DNA of 64,000 nucleotides, from the NCBI GenBank assembly GCA_015065165.1, contig SVQU01000001.1:36632-100631 (forward strand), read 5' to 3'. This stretch comes from Oscillospiraceae bacterium (GTDB lineage: Bacteria > Bacillota > Clostridia > Oscillospirales > CAG-382). Under the pieces are notes generated by a model. The model did no database searches. It was given only the letters and a program-made list of their open reading frames with translations, and had not been told where the DNA came from. Shown one piece after another: positions 8,304 through 18,223 of this stretch (the stretch's first letter is position 1; each line of letters begins with the position of its first letter). Made by a program: the position numbers and the translations under genes.

Positions 8304-8810
8304 ATGTTAAAATTCAAAAGCGATAAATCTGTTGAAGAACTTATAAAACAGTGGGATGAGCATACTTCTATTTCACGTTTTGCGGGCAGTGATGAAACTA
8401 TGGATTTGATTTATGTTTCAAAACGCAAAGGACGAAAGGTAAGACTTGTGAGAAAAGCTCCTTTGGCACGCGAGCCTTTTTCATCCGTATTTAGAGGTGT
8501 GATTCGTGAAGCTGAGCAGGGAAGTGAGATAGCGGGATTATTTACAAAATCTATTTTTGATTATGTATTAATTTCCGCAATATTCTTTATGTTGTTTTAC
8601 ATACGCTCGTACGTTATTCAGCGCGGCGACAGTCTTGCAACAATAAATACACTGATAATATTCGCTATAATAGGCTCTGTTTTGTGTCTGTATAATTTCC
8701 GCGCCACAAAGCGCAAATATGCCGATTTTATATCCGGAATAACCGGAAAAGAAACTAATTTGTTTTTGAAAAAATCCGAAATCAAAGACAAAGACGGCTC
8801 GGATAATTAA
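8304..8810 (+). CDS. Hypothetical membrane protein
   Basis: 168 aa. Soluble N-terminal part followed by two predicted TM helices. I recognise no family. Confidence 0.55.
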   Translation: MLKFKSDKSVEELIKQWDEHTSISRFAGSDETMDLIYVSKRKGRKVRLVRKAPLAREPFSSVFRGVIREAEQGSEIAGLFTKSIFDYVLISAIFFMLFYIRSYVIQRGDSLATINTLIIFAIIGSVLCLYNFRATKRKYADFISGITGKETNLFLKKSEIKDKDGSDN

Positions 8811-9463
8811 TAGAGGTCAACAAGAAGAATCTTTTCTAAATCCTCAAAAGAATAAGCTATATAGGTAGCACCCGCCTCTTCGTGCTCGTTGGGAGATGCG
8901 GTGCCGGTATATACGCCCAAAGAATCGATACCTGCATTTCTTGCTCCGATGTCATCATACTTCATATCACCTATCATAAGTGCAAAGTGCCTTTTATCTG
9001 TGATATCGAAGCGTTTAAGGGATTCTTCTATTACCTCGTGTTTTTTGGATATAGATTCATCCAGATTAGAGCCTGTAATATACTCGAACATATCGAATAT
9101 ACCAAAATCGCGAAGAAAAGTTTTTGCGTATTCTTCATATTTTGAGGTAGCAACGCCGAGTCTATAACCGGCGTTTTTTAATTTTTTTAGTAAATCGGGA
9201 ATTTCGGGGAAGAGATGTGATTCTTTTGCGCCTTTTAAATTATATCTTTCGCGAAATTTGAAAATCGCTTCGCTCGCTTCGGTTTCATTCAAACCGAAAC
9301 GTATAAAAGAATCTCTTAGGGGTGGGCCTAAAAAAGGTCTTAATTCCTCAAGAGTATATTCCATTCCGTATTGTCTGAGCGCATACTGCGCGCTTTTGAC
9401 AACACCCTCTAAGGTATTTATAAGCATCCCGTCCAGGTCGAATAAAAGGTGTGTGTATTTCAT
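8807..9463 (-). CDS. HAD-family hydrolase (phosphoglycolate phosphatase-like)
   Basis: DxD motif LLFDLDGMLINT, VATSK, and GDMKYD near the C-terminus. RBS is AAGGAG. Confidence 0.8.
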   Translation of the reverse strand: MKYTHLLFDLDGMLINTLEGVVKSAQYALRQYGMEYTLEELRPFLGPPLRDSFIRFGLNETEASEAIFKFRERYNLKGAKESHLFPEIPDLLKKLKNAGYRLGVATSKYEEYAKTFLRDFGIFDMFEYITGSNLDESISKKHEVIEESLKRFDITDKRHFALMIGDMKYDDIGARNAGIDSLGVYTGTASPNEHEEAGATYIAYSFEDLEKILLVDLY

Positions 9464-9615
9464 AAATACTCCTTAAAATAAAGTGTATATTCATTATACC
9501 ATTTTATGTATGATATTTCAATTAAATATAAAAAATTACTTGAAATGCTATTTCTTTTGTGCTAATATATAATAAACCCTAGTAAAATGTTAATATAAGG
9601 AAAAGAGGTACAGAG

Positions 9616-10233
9616 ATGAATAAAATAATCACAATAGGACGTCAATTTGGATCCCTTGGATCTGAAATTGCAAACAAGCTTTCGGAACTTACCGGTATTC
9701 CTTGTTATGACAGAGATGCTTTGATTGCAATTGCTGAAAAACACGGTATTCCTGCCGAAACCTTTGAAAAAGCCGATGAACAGGCAACTTCAAGCTTTTT
9801 ATATTCTTTAGCTATGTCAAGTTACAGCGGAAATATTGCTCATTTCGGTATGAATGATCATATCCTTACGGATAAGGTGTTCAACATTCAGACGGTTGAA
9901 ATTAAACGCATCGCTCAGGAAGGAGACTGTATTATTGTAGGTAGATGCGCCGATGATATTCTGGATTCCTTTGACGGCGTATTAAAGGTATTTATTCATG
10001 CACCTTTAGAGTATAGAATAGACATTATAAAAAAATATGGTGAAACGGATGAAAATGCTATAAAGAAACAAATTTCGAAAGCTGATAAGAAGCGTGCTTC
10101 ATATTATAATTTTTACACCGGTAAAGGTTGGGGCGACCCTAAAAACTATCACATGAATATTGATAGCAGTCTTTTGGGTGTTGAAGGTACCGCAAAGCTA
10201 ATTAAGTCTATTATCGACGAATATTATAAATAA
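9616..10233 (+). CDS. Cytidylate kinase-like family protein
   Basis: 205 aa. The N-terminal IITIGRQFGSLGSEIANKLSELTGIPCYDR is typical of the Firmicute cytidylate-kinase-like family. Confidence 0.65.
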   Translation: MNKIITIGRQFGSLGSEIANKLSELTGIPCYDRDALIAIAEKHGIPAETFEKADEQATSSFLYSLAMSSYSGNIAHFGMNDHILTDKVFNIQTVEIKRIAQEGDCIIVGRCADDILDSFDGVLKVFIHAPLEYRIDIIKKYGETDENAIKKQISKADKKRASYYNFYTGKGWGDPKNYHMNIDSSLLGVEGTAKLIKSIIDEYYK

Positions 10234-10245
10234 TAATCGATTTTT

Positions 10246-10287
10246 ATCTCCGTATGAAATTATAAATTATTCATACGGAGATTTTTA
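10246..10287 (+). terminator. Intrinsic terminator
   Basis: 13-bp stem ATCTCCGTATGAA/TTCATACGGAGAT followed by TTTTAT. Confidence 0.75.
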
Positions 10288-10296
10288 TATAAAAAT

Positions 10297-10325
10297 AAGT
10301 GCGTAAGCTTTACACTTACGCACTT
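10297..10325 (-). terminator. Intrinsic terminator of the MsmX/MalK-like gene
   Basis: 11-bp stem AAGTGCGTAAG/CTTACGCACTT. The plus-strand A-run at 10291-10295 gives a U-run on the minus strand. Confidence 0.7.
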
Positions 10326-10330
10326 TTAAA

Positions 10331-11451
10331 TTAATGAGCGATAATCTGTTCGGTGTCCTTATCGAAGATATGGATAAGAGAAGTATCTACGGCAATCTTA
10401 ATGGTGTCGCCTGCTTTAGCAGTGGACTTGGAAGATACACGAGATACGAGGGAAGTGTTTTCACCAACAGTGAGGTAAAGGTTGATTTCTGCACCCATAA
10501 GTTCGGTGAACTCAACCTGAGTTTCGATAATAGTGTCCTTGAACTTTTCCATATAAACGGGTTCGTCGTGGAAAGTTCGGGACGAAGACCTGCGATAACT
10601 TCCTTGCCGATGTAATCTGCAAGATTAGTATCTTCAAATTTTTCGGGCTGAAGCTTGAAGGAAACGTTTTCGAATTCGAGGAATACGTCGTCCTGTCCCT
10701 TGGGTTTGGTGATCTTTGCATCAACAAAGTTCATTTGAGGAGTGCCAAGGAAGCCCGCAACGAAGATGTTGCAAGGGTAGTCGTAAAGGTTTTGAGGAGT
10801 ATCAACCTGCTGGATGATACCGTCTTTCATAACAACGATACGTGTAGCCATGGTCATAGCTTCAACCTGGTCGTGGGTAACGTATATAAAGGTTGTTTCG
10901 AGTTTCTTGTGAAGCTTGGTAAGCTCTGTTCTCATGGTAGCACGAAGCTTAGCGTCGAGGTTGGAAAGAGGTTCGTCAAGAAGGAATACCTTAGGTTCAC
11001 GAACGATTGCACGACCAAGCGCAACACGCTGCTTCTGACCACCGGACAAAGCCTTGGGTTTTCTGTCAAGGAGGTGGGAGATGTCAAGAATCTTAGCAGC
11101 TTCTTCAACGCGGCGTTTGATTTCTTCTTTTCTAACCTTACGGAGTTTAAGACCGAATGCCATGTTATCAAAAACAGACATGTGAGGATAAAGAGCGTAG
11201 TTCTGGAATACCATCGCAATATCTCTGTCTTTAGGTGCTACGTCATTAACTCTTCTGTTTTCGATGAAGAGTTCGCCTTCGGTAATTTCTTCAAGACCAG
11301 CGATCATACGAAGGGTAGTAGTCTTACCACAGCCGGAAGGACCAACGAAGATAACGAATTCCTTATCCTTGATGTCAAGGGTGAAATCCGAAACCGCAGT
11401 TACGCCACCGGGGAATCTTTTGTAAATGTGTTTAAACAATACACTTGCCAT
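10331..11451 (-). pseudogene. Orphan sugar-ABC ATPase (MsmX/MalK/UgpC type) interrupted by a -1 frameshift near 10574
   Basis: The N-terminal 290 aa are canonical ([33 protein letters not shown]). After GLRPE the frame is lost. The conserved C-terminus ([11 protein letters not shown]...[11 protein letters not shown]...IHIFDKDTE) continues in another frame as ORF 10331-10552. Confidence 0.8.
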
Positions 11452-11575
11452 TTGTAACCTCCATATGAGGATAATGCCTCATTTCTATCACAACAATGAT
11501 ACCAAAAATTATCTAATAATGCAACTGATTAAACTCCCAAAATTTTATGCTTTTGTTTATTCAATTTGCATAATA

Positions 11576-12046
11576 TCACGAATTTTCAAAGCCATGGACA
11601 AAACCATCGCCGTCTTTTGAACAGATATCGCCGGCAATAACCCTTCTGTTTCGAATGAATAACGTAGCAAAAACGTTGCCATCGTACTCATAATTGTTGA
11701 TTTTATACACGTAAACCGTAGCATCCTTACCTGCATATCTTTTTAGGTTTAAGCCTTGGGAACGTTGAATTTCGTTATATTGTTCGTAAATGCTGTTGAA
11801 ATTATTGGGAATGTTTACTTCGAAAACCTGAATAGGTACAGGCTCTGCCTCGTAACCCATTTTCGAAAGAAAATCCACCATTTCTTCTTCTGTTGATATG
11901 TTTTTGTAGTCGGTGGAAACGTTTGCCACGTCGGCCGAAGCGCTTATTGACGGCAAAATTCCCACAGCAGATGCAAGCACAATAACCGAAACTGCCACCA
12001 CGGCAAAAAACTTCAAGCCCGATGCTTTCATTGTATAAACGAACAT
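11576..12046 (-). CDS. DUF4830-like secreted/anchored protein
   Basis: 156 aa with a signal/anchor helix. The segment FLSKMGYE...IPNNFNSIYEQYNEIQRSQGLNLKRYAGK...YVYKI resembles DUF4830. Confidence 0.6.
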   Translation of the reverse strand: MFVYTMKASGLKFFAVVAVSVIVLASAVGILPSISASADVANVSTDYKNISTEEEMVDFLSKMGYEAEPVPIQVFEVNIPNNFNSIYEQYNEIQRSQGLNLKRYAGKDATVYVYKINNYEYDGNVFATLFIRNRRVIAGDICSKDGDGFVHGFENS

Positions 12047-12101
12047 ACTTCATTCTCTCCTAAAAATAATCTTTGTTAAATTATATTAGAGAGATTGGCA
12101 T

Positions 12102-14015
12102 TTATTCATCGTAAGACGATATTATTTCTTCAAGTTTTTCCAACTCGGCATATAGATTATCTATCTTTGCCTCACATTCGGTTTCTTGTCTGTAGATTTC
12201 ATCAAGTGCCACGTAATCGCTTATAATGCTTTCGTCGGTTGATTTACTTCTTAATTCAGCCAATTGGTTTTCAAGGTCGGAAATTTCTTTTTCTGCTTTT
12301 TCATACCGCGTTTTTGCAGAACGGTATTGATTTTTACGTTGCTTTGCTTCTTCAAAATCGGCTTTTCCGGCACCGCTAATCTGTTTGCTTACAACCGTTT
12401 CTTTTTTTGTACACTTTTCAATATAATCTTCGTAGGTGCAGTGCTTCCAATTATATCCCGAATCGAAACCGTCTTTGTCAATTTCAAGTATAGCGGTTGC
12501 AAGGTTTTTTATAAAATATCGGTCGTGGGAAACGGTTATTATAGTTCCGTCATATTCATTTAATGCTGATTCCAGCATTTCACGGGAATCAATGTCCAAG
12601 TGGTTCGTCGGTTCGTCAAGAATTAACAGACTGACACCGCAAGCGACCATTTTCGCGATAGATAAACGCGCTCTTTCGCCACCGCTTAAAACCGAAACGC
12701 TTTTAAATACGTCATCGCCGCGAAATCCGAAGGATGCCAGCATAGCGCGGATTTCGGTGTTTGTCTTGTCTGAATAAACGTTCCAAAGCTCATCAATAAC
12801 GGTGCTGTTTTGGTCTAAAAGCTGTTGTTCTTGGTCGTAATAACCGATTGTTTGGTTATAACCTAATTCAAAAACACCGCCGATTTGCTTTTCTCTGCCT
12901 GTTAAAATCTTTATAAGGGTAGATTTACCGCAACCGTTTTTACCTATAATAAAAAGATGTTCACCGCGTTTGATTTCAAAAGAGAGGTTTTCAAACAAAG
13001 GTTTGTTAGGGTAACTCATAGACAAATTACGTACAGACAGCACGTCGTTACTCATAGCACCCGAATGAGAAATTGAAAACTTTATACCTTTTTCTTTTTC
13101 CTTGGGTTTTTCTAACTTGACCATTTTGTCAATGGTTTTTTGACGGCTTTCGGCGGCAATAATGTTTTTCTCACGGTTCCATTTTCTTTGGTTTTCTATA
13201 AAAGCCTCTAAACGTGCGATTTCCTTTTGTTGCAGGTTGTAGTGCTTAAGCTTTGCTTCGTCCAAGGCTTTTTTCTTTTCACGGAAGGTGGTGTAGTTAC
13301 CATCGTACATTTCGGAAACACCGTGTGATATTTCTAAGGTTTTATTTGTTATTTTATCAAGAAAATATCTGTCGTGAGAGATTATTAAAAAGGTTTTTTT
13401 AGAAGAAATAATATAATTTTCAAGCCATTCGCAGGTTTTATAATCCAAATGGTTGGTCGGCTCGTCCAAAAGCATAATGTCGGGTTCGGAAAGCAAAAGC
13501 TTTACAAGTAAAAGCTTTGTTTTTTGACCGCCGCTTAGTTCATCGGCACTTTTGGTTAAATCCGATTCTTCAAAACCGAATTTGGCAAGCATCGATTTTG
13601 TCTTACTTCGACATTCATTTCCGCCGAGTAAATTAAATCTTTCGGTATTGTCGGAAAATGCTTTGATTACCGATTCATCCCCGGCTTCGATTCTAATTCT
13701 TAAATCGTTGATTTCGTTTTCGAGCTTGATAAGTTTATCAAAAGCCGAAAGTGCTGTTTCATATATGTTACAATTAAATCTGTGTGCATCGTTTATCTGT
13801 TCAAGACAGCCTATTTCGGCGTCCGCGGTTATGTACACGTCGCCCTTTGACGCTTCCAACAAACCTCGTATAACCGCAAAAAGAGTAGATTTACCTGCAC
13901 CATTAACGCCGATAACACCTACTTTGTCGCCTTCGTTTACCGAAAAATCTATTTTATCTAAAATAACATCTGCGCCGTATGATACTGAAACGCCATCACA
14001 GACAATTATGCTCAT
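12102..14015 (-). CDS. ABC-F family ATPase (two ABC domains plus C-terminal coiled coil)
   Basis: 637 aa. Two Walker A sites (GVNGAGKST, GKNGCGKST), two signatures (LSGGQKTK, LSGGERARL), no TM domain, Lys/Glu-rich tail. Confidence 0.85.
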   Translation of the reverse strand: MSIIVCDGVSVSYGADVILDKIDFSVNEGDKVGVIGVNGAGKSTLFAVIRGLLEASKGDVYITADAEIGCLEQINDAHRFNCNIYETALSAFDKLIKLENEINDLRIRIEAGDESVIKAFSDNTERFNLLGGNECRSKTKSMLAKFGFEESDLTKSADELSGGQKTKLLLVKLLLSEPDIMLLDEPTNHLDYKTCEWLENYIISSKKTFLIISHDRYFLDKITNKTLEISHGVSEMYDGNYTTFREKKKALDEAKLKHYNLQQKEIARLEAFIENQRKWNREKNIIAAESRQKTIDKMVKLEKPKEKEKGIKFSISHSGAMSNDVLSVRNLSMSYPNKPLFENLSFEIKRGEHLFIIGKNGCGKSTLIKILTGREKQIGGVFELGYNQTIGYYDQEQQLLDQNSTVIDELWNVYSDKTNTEIRAMLASFGFRGDDVFKSVSVLSGGERARLSIAKMVACGVSLLILDEPTNHLDIDSREMLESALNEYDGTIITVSHDRYFIKNLATAILEIDKDGFDSGYNWKHCTYEDYIEKCTKKETVVSKQISGAGKADFEEAKQRKNQYRSAKTRYEKAEKEISDLENQLAELRSKSTDESIISDYVALDEIYRQETECEAKIDNLYAELEKLEEIISSYDE

Positions 14016-14044
14016 TTGCTTCCTCCGAAATTTGCTCGCTTATG

Positions 14045-14073
14045 AATATAACATAACGTTGCAAAAATGTCAA
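14045..14073 (-). promoter_or_regulatory. Sigma-A type promoter of the ABC-F gene
   Basis: Minus-strand TTGACA-17 nt-TATATT with an extended TGt. Confidence 0.55.
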
Positions 14074-14206
14074 TCAATTACAGGCATTGACTTTGTTACA
14101 TAAATATAACGTCAAAATACCGTTCCTGCTTTATGCAAGAACGGTATTTTAAGTTGCGTTAAACGACTTTTATTGGTTTTTATTAACTGTTACTATTCAG
14201 GCTGTT

Positions 14207-14419
14207 TTATTCGATTGCAGATGCGACTTCTCGTTCTCTGAAAAAGAGACTGATTAACCAAATACCGCTTATGGCAACAAGAGTATAAATGATTCTGCTT
14301 ACAATGTCGCCCTGGCCGCCGAATATCCAAGCAACGATGTCAAATCTGAAAAGTCCGATAGAACCCCAGTTGACAGCGCCGATAATAACAAGGAATAATG
14401 CTATTCTGTCAAGTATCAT
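14207..14419 (-). CDS. DUF378-family small membrane protein
   Basis: 70 aa with two TM helices. Motif IIGAVNWGSIGLFRFDIVAWIFGG. RBS is GAGGAGG. Confidence 0.75.
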   Translation of the reverse strand: MILDRIALFLVIIGAVNWGSIGLFRFDIVAWIFGGQGDIVSRIIYTLVAISGIWLISLFFREREVASAIE

Positions 14420-14531
14420 AATTCATCCTCCTCGATGATATTGTGTGCATAATAAATAATAATATGCCATTGACATTATTGAAATTTTTGGTATTATATT
14501 TATTTGAAATGATTTGATTGAGGTATATATT

Positions 14532-15185
14532 ATGAGAATGAGACCTAAAAAGAATCGCGATAAACGTATGGATGCTGTTAAGGATTGGTTTATACAGCAG
14601 GATGAAAACGGGGTTGCGATGATAGATTCTTCCTATGATAACAACAACGAGCTTTTTCTTGAAATAGGTTGTGGAAAAGGTGCTTTTATAACCGGTTTAT
14701 CTAAGCAATATCCCGAAAACCGTTTGCTTGCTGTCGAGCTTGTTCCCGACGTTTTGATGATGGCGATGGAAAAAGCAGAAAGGGAAAACGCTTCTAACGT
14801 TCGTTTTCTTCACGCTAATGCCGAAAACATTGCGGATATCATTCCCGAAGGCTCTGTTTCCAGATTATATTTAAACTTTTCTGACCCTTGGCCTAAAAAA
14901 CGAAATGCAAAACGCAGGCTTACAAGTCCATTATTCCTTGAAAGATATAAAAAAATACTTGCCAAGGACGGCAAGATAATTTTTAAAACAGACAACAAGG
15001 GTTTGTTTGATTATTCGCTTGAAAGTTTCGCAGAAAACGGGTTCGCCGTAAGCGAAGTTTGTTTTGACTTGCACAGCGACCCCGTATTTTCCGTTGATAA
15101 TATTAAAACTGAATATGAAAACAATTTTTCGGCAAAGGGATTTCTTATAAATCGCCTTGTTGCTCAAGTTCGCGAAGAGAAGTAA
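14532..15185 (+). CDS. trmB: tRNA (guanine46-N7)-methyltransferase
   Basis: SAM motif LEIGCGKGAF and LNFSDPWPKKRNAKRRL. I chose the ATG at 14532 because GAGG lies 8 nt upstream; the ORF track starts at 14514. Confidence 0.85.
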   Translation: MRMRPKKNRDKRMDAVKDWFIQQDENGVAMIDSSYDNNNELFLEIGCGKGAFITGLSKQYPENRLLAVELVPDVLMMAMEKAERENASNVRFLHANAENIADIIPEGSVSRLYLNFSDPWPKKRNAKRRLTSPLFLERYKKILAKDGKIIFKTDNKGLFDYSLESFAENGFAVSEVCFDLHSDPVFSVDNIKTEYENNFSAKGFLINRLVAQVREEK

Positions 15186-16632
15186 AAACAACCTCGCGCT
15201 CGTCAAATGGGTATTGAACACCTTCGATTTCCTCGTACATTTCGTGTCCTTTACCTATAAGTAAAACTATGTCGCCCTTCGAAGCAATTCGGAGGGCTTC
15301 TTTTATCGCATCGCGGCGGTTGGGTATAATTTCATATTTGCCGTCGGTTTTGTGCATACCGATTAAAATGTCCGAAATTATATCTTCGATTTTTTCAAAA
15401 CGAGAGTTATCCGAAGTAATTATAGACAAATCCGAATTCGCGCCGATAACCTCGCCCATGCCGTAACGTCTTAATTTACTTCTGTTACCACCGCAACCAA
15501 AAACCGAAATTATTCGTTTGGGGTTGTAAAGCTTAATCGTATCAAACAAGGTTTTAACGCTGAATTCGTTGTGAGCAAAATCGATTATAACGGTATAATC
15601 CTTTTCAATAGGAACAATTTCCATTCTGCCTTTTACAAAGGCTTTCGAAAGACCTTGCTTAATTTCGTTATAACTTAGACCGTCCCGGCGTGCACAAGCC
15701 GCCGCCAAAGCTGCATTGCAAAGAGAAAAACGACCTGGAGTTTTTAAATCTATTTCCGCGGAAATATTATCTTCTGCAAAAGTGAACTGTGTGGTCAGTT
15801 TATTATCGCCAACGTGGAATTCTCCGTTGCCGAAAGAATAGTCGGGATTTTTCAAAGAATCTTCAGAAACGGTAATTAAAGGGCATGTGATACCATTAAT
15901 TATTTCATCGTAATTATCGCTGTCGGCATTTATTATAACCTTTTTGCACTGATCGAAAATCATCTTTTTGCAATTAAGATATTCTTCGAAATCCTTATGT
16001 TCGTTTCCGCCGATATGGTCGGGTGAAAGGTTTGTAAAAATACCCGTGTTAAATTCGATGCCATAGGTTCTATCCATTTTAAAGCCTTGTGAGGTTGCCT
16101 CGATAATGGCGGTATCACAACCCGCATCTAACATTTCCTTATAATATTTGTGCAAAAGATAGGATTCGGGCGTGGAGTTTGCTGTTTCGTATTCTTTGTC
16201 GCCGATATAGGTGCCGGTAGAGCCGATAACGCCCACTTTGTGCCCTGCGGCTTCGTAAACACTTTTTAACATAAACGAAACGCTGGTTTTACCTTTCGTG
16301 CCTGTTATAGCAATAGTGTTAAGCTTTTCTGCAGGCCTGCCGAAAAAGTTAGCAGAAGAAAGAGCAAGGAACTTTCTTGTGTCATCCACAACAATTTTAA
16401 CAGCATCGTCGGGGAGAGAAATATCCTGTTGAACTGCAAAGACACGAACACCTTTGTTATAAAGTTCGCCTGCAAAATCGTGAGAATCAAAGGTGAATCC
16501 TTTTAAACAAACAAACATATCCGATGGTGTGATTGCTTTTCGAGAATCGAAAATAATATCACTGATTTCGAAATTCGGTTGGAAATTATTGCATTTATAC
16601 TCTATATTATTTAAGATATCAATTAATTTCAT
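15145..16632 (-). CDS. murE: UDP-MurNAc-L-Ala-D-Glu:meso-DAP ligase
   Basis: 495 aa. Mur ligase P-loop AITGTKGKTS, plus TNLSPDHIG, and DNSR for the DAP-type DNPR motif region. Confidence 0.9.
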   Translation of the reverse strand: MKLIDILNNIEYKCNNFQPNFEISDIIFDSRKAITPSDMFVCLKGFTFDSHDFAGELYNKGVRVFAVQQDISLPDDAVKIVVDDTRKFLALSSANFFGRPAEKLNTIAITGTKGKTSVSFMLKSVYEAAGHKVGVIGSTGTYIGDKEYETANSTPESYLLHKYYKEMLDAGCDTAIIEATSQGFKMDRTYGIEFNTGIFTNLSPDHIGGNEHKDFEEYLNCKKMIFDQCKKVIINADSDNYDEIINGITCPLITVSEDSLKNPDYSFGNGEFHVGDNKLTTQFTFAEDNISAEIDLKTPGRFSLCNAALAAACARRDGLSYNEIKQGLSKAFVKGRMEIVPIEKDYTVIIDFAHNEFSVKTLFDTIKLYNPKRIISVFGCGGNRSKLRRYGMGEVIGANSDLSIITSDNSRFEKIEDIISDILIGMHKTDGKYEIIPNRRDAIKEALRIASKGDIVLLIGKGHEMYEEIEGVQYPFDEREVVFTSLRELEQQGDL

Positions 16633-16654
16633 ATTAAGACTCCAAACAAAAATT

Positions 16655-17434
16655 TTATTGTATAAAAGTTCCTTTAAAAGAAGTTGTACAACCGCCGTTT
16701 ATAAACATATTTCCACAATTGCGGGTTTCTACGTTTATTATTCCGCCCGGTTGGTATACCTGCACGTTATTGCCGCAGAGATTTTCATATTGCGCAGCGG
16801 CAACACAGGCGCAACTGCCTGTAGAGCAGGAAAGTGTTTCGCCGATGCCGCGTTCCCAAACTCGCATTACGATTCGGTTGTTATTGGTTACACAAGCGAA
16901 TTCTACGTTTGTGCCGTTTGGGAATAAAGGATGGTGTTCAATGGAACTGCCGAAATGTTCAAATTCGCGGTCGTCTATACCGTAAGTTAAAAATATAACG
17001 CAGTGTGGGTTACCCATTGAAACCGAGTAATAGGGAAGTGAAACGCCCGAAACGTCGAGGTTTCCGTGGTCGATAATCGAAGCCCTTCCGATTTCGGCGG
17101 TTATATGGTCCCCGTCAACCGAAACGGTTCTGATTCCGCTTTTTGTTTCCACAGTGAAAATTCGTTTTTTGAAAAATCCGCTGTCCGAAACGTATTTTGC
17201 AGAACACCGCAACGCATTACCGCATATTTCTGCTTCGAAACCATCGGGATTATACACGTGCATGAAATAATCGGCATTTTCTGAACCGCAAATAAATACA
17301 GCGCAATCGCAACCTATTCCGTAATGTCTGTCGCAAATAATACGGATAAACTCTGGATTAGGAAGTTTGTGTTGGTTGGGAGTTCCGAAAACCACAAAAT
17401 CGTTACCTAAAGCATGTATTTTATGAAAATTCAT
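16655..17434 (-). CDS. dapF: Diaminopimelate epimerase
   Basis: 259 aa. Motifs FHKIHALGNDFVVF, SMGNPHCV and catalytic Cys segments (CGNALRC, SCSTGSCA). Confidence 0.9.
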   Translation of the reverse strand: MNFHKIHALGNDFVVFGTPNQHKLPNPEFIRIICDRHYGIGCDCAVFICGSENADYFMHVYNPDGFEAEICGNALRCSAKYVSDSGFFKKRIFTVETKSGIRTVSVDGDHITAEIGRASIIDHGNLDVSGVSLPYYSVSMGNPHCVIFLTYGIDDREFEHFGSSIEHHPLFPNGTNVEFACVTNNNRIVMRVWERGIGETLSCSTGSCACVAAAQYENLCGNNVQVYQPGGIINVETRNCGNMFINGGCTTSFKGTFIQ

Positions 17435-17571
17435 AAATTATCACTCACATTATATCATATTTAATTTGTTTTTCAATAGATAAGTTATGTTGTGTACATA
17501 TTTTAATTCCAAAAAAGTAAAAAACACTTGAAAAATATATTAAATGTGTTACAATAAATAAAAATAGTCTT

Positions 17572-18165
17572 ATGGAGGCGCAAGTGAACAACGGATTTTT
17601 TGCAATGCTGTTTAGAATGAAGCATATTGAACGGTGGGGGATTATGCATTCGCTTATACCTGACCATCTTTCTACTCATTCTTTAGAGGTTGGATTTATT
17701 GCTCATGCGCTTTCTGCTATCGGTAATGAAAAATTCAACAAAAATTATGACAGCAGCTTGATAACAATGAAGGCTATTTATCATGATGTTCCCGAGATTT
17801 TCACCGGTGATATTCCTACTCCCGTAAAGTATTACAGCGAGGAAACCAAGCAGGCTTATTCCAAGGTGGAGGAGGCTTCGCTTAATAAATTAACCGAAAT
17901 GCTTCCAGCGGAATTTCGTAGCAGTTATATGGAATTGTTTAATTATTCCAAGGATGAAAAAACGCTTATTAAAGCGGCAGATAGAATTTCTGCATATATT
18001 AAATGTCTTGAAGAAAAGAACTACGGTAACCGTGAATTTGAGATAGCGGGGAAACGTCTTTTGGACGCGATTAAGGACATGAAATGTCCCGAAGCGGATT
18101 ATTTTTTGGAGAATTTCTTAGAACCCTTTGGATTTCCTATCGATTCAATTCTTCAATCCGAATAA
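17572..18165 (+). CDS. HD-domain 5'-deoxynucleotidase (YfbR-like)
   Basis: Motifs RWGIMHSLIPDHLSTHSLEVGFIAHAL and YHDVPEIFTGDIPTP. The true start may be the GTG at 17584, which follows GGAGG. Confidence 0.75.
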   Translation: MEAQVNNGFFAMLFRMKHIERWGIMHSLIPDHLSTHSLEVGFIAHALSAIGNEKFNKNYDSSLITMKAIYHDVPEIFTGDIPTPVKYYSEETKQAYSKVEEASLNKLTEMLPAEFRSSYMELFNYSKDEKTLIKAADRISAYIKCLEEKNYGNREFEIAGKRLLDAIKDMKCPEADYFLENFLEPFGFPIDSILQSE

Positions 18166-18223
18166 CAAGGTTTCAATATTTTGAAATATATTTTAGAAAT
18201 TAATAAAAAGTGAGGATTTACTT

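Noticed and set aside
10735-11457. 240-aa plus-strand ORF
   Set aside because: It is codon-aligned antisense to the MsmX/MalK-like ATPase and has no motifs.
12102-14015. ABC-F ATPase considered as an antibiotic-resistance (ARE) determinant
   Set aside because: It shows no resistance-island context, and it has the long C-terminal coiled coil typical of housekeeping ABC-F translation factors. The ARE subfamily cannot be assigned without a phylogeny.
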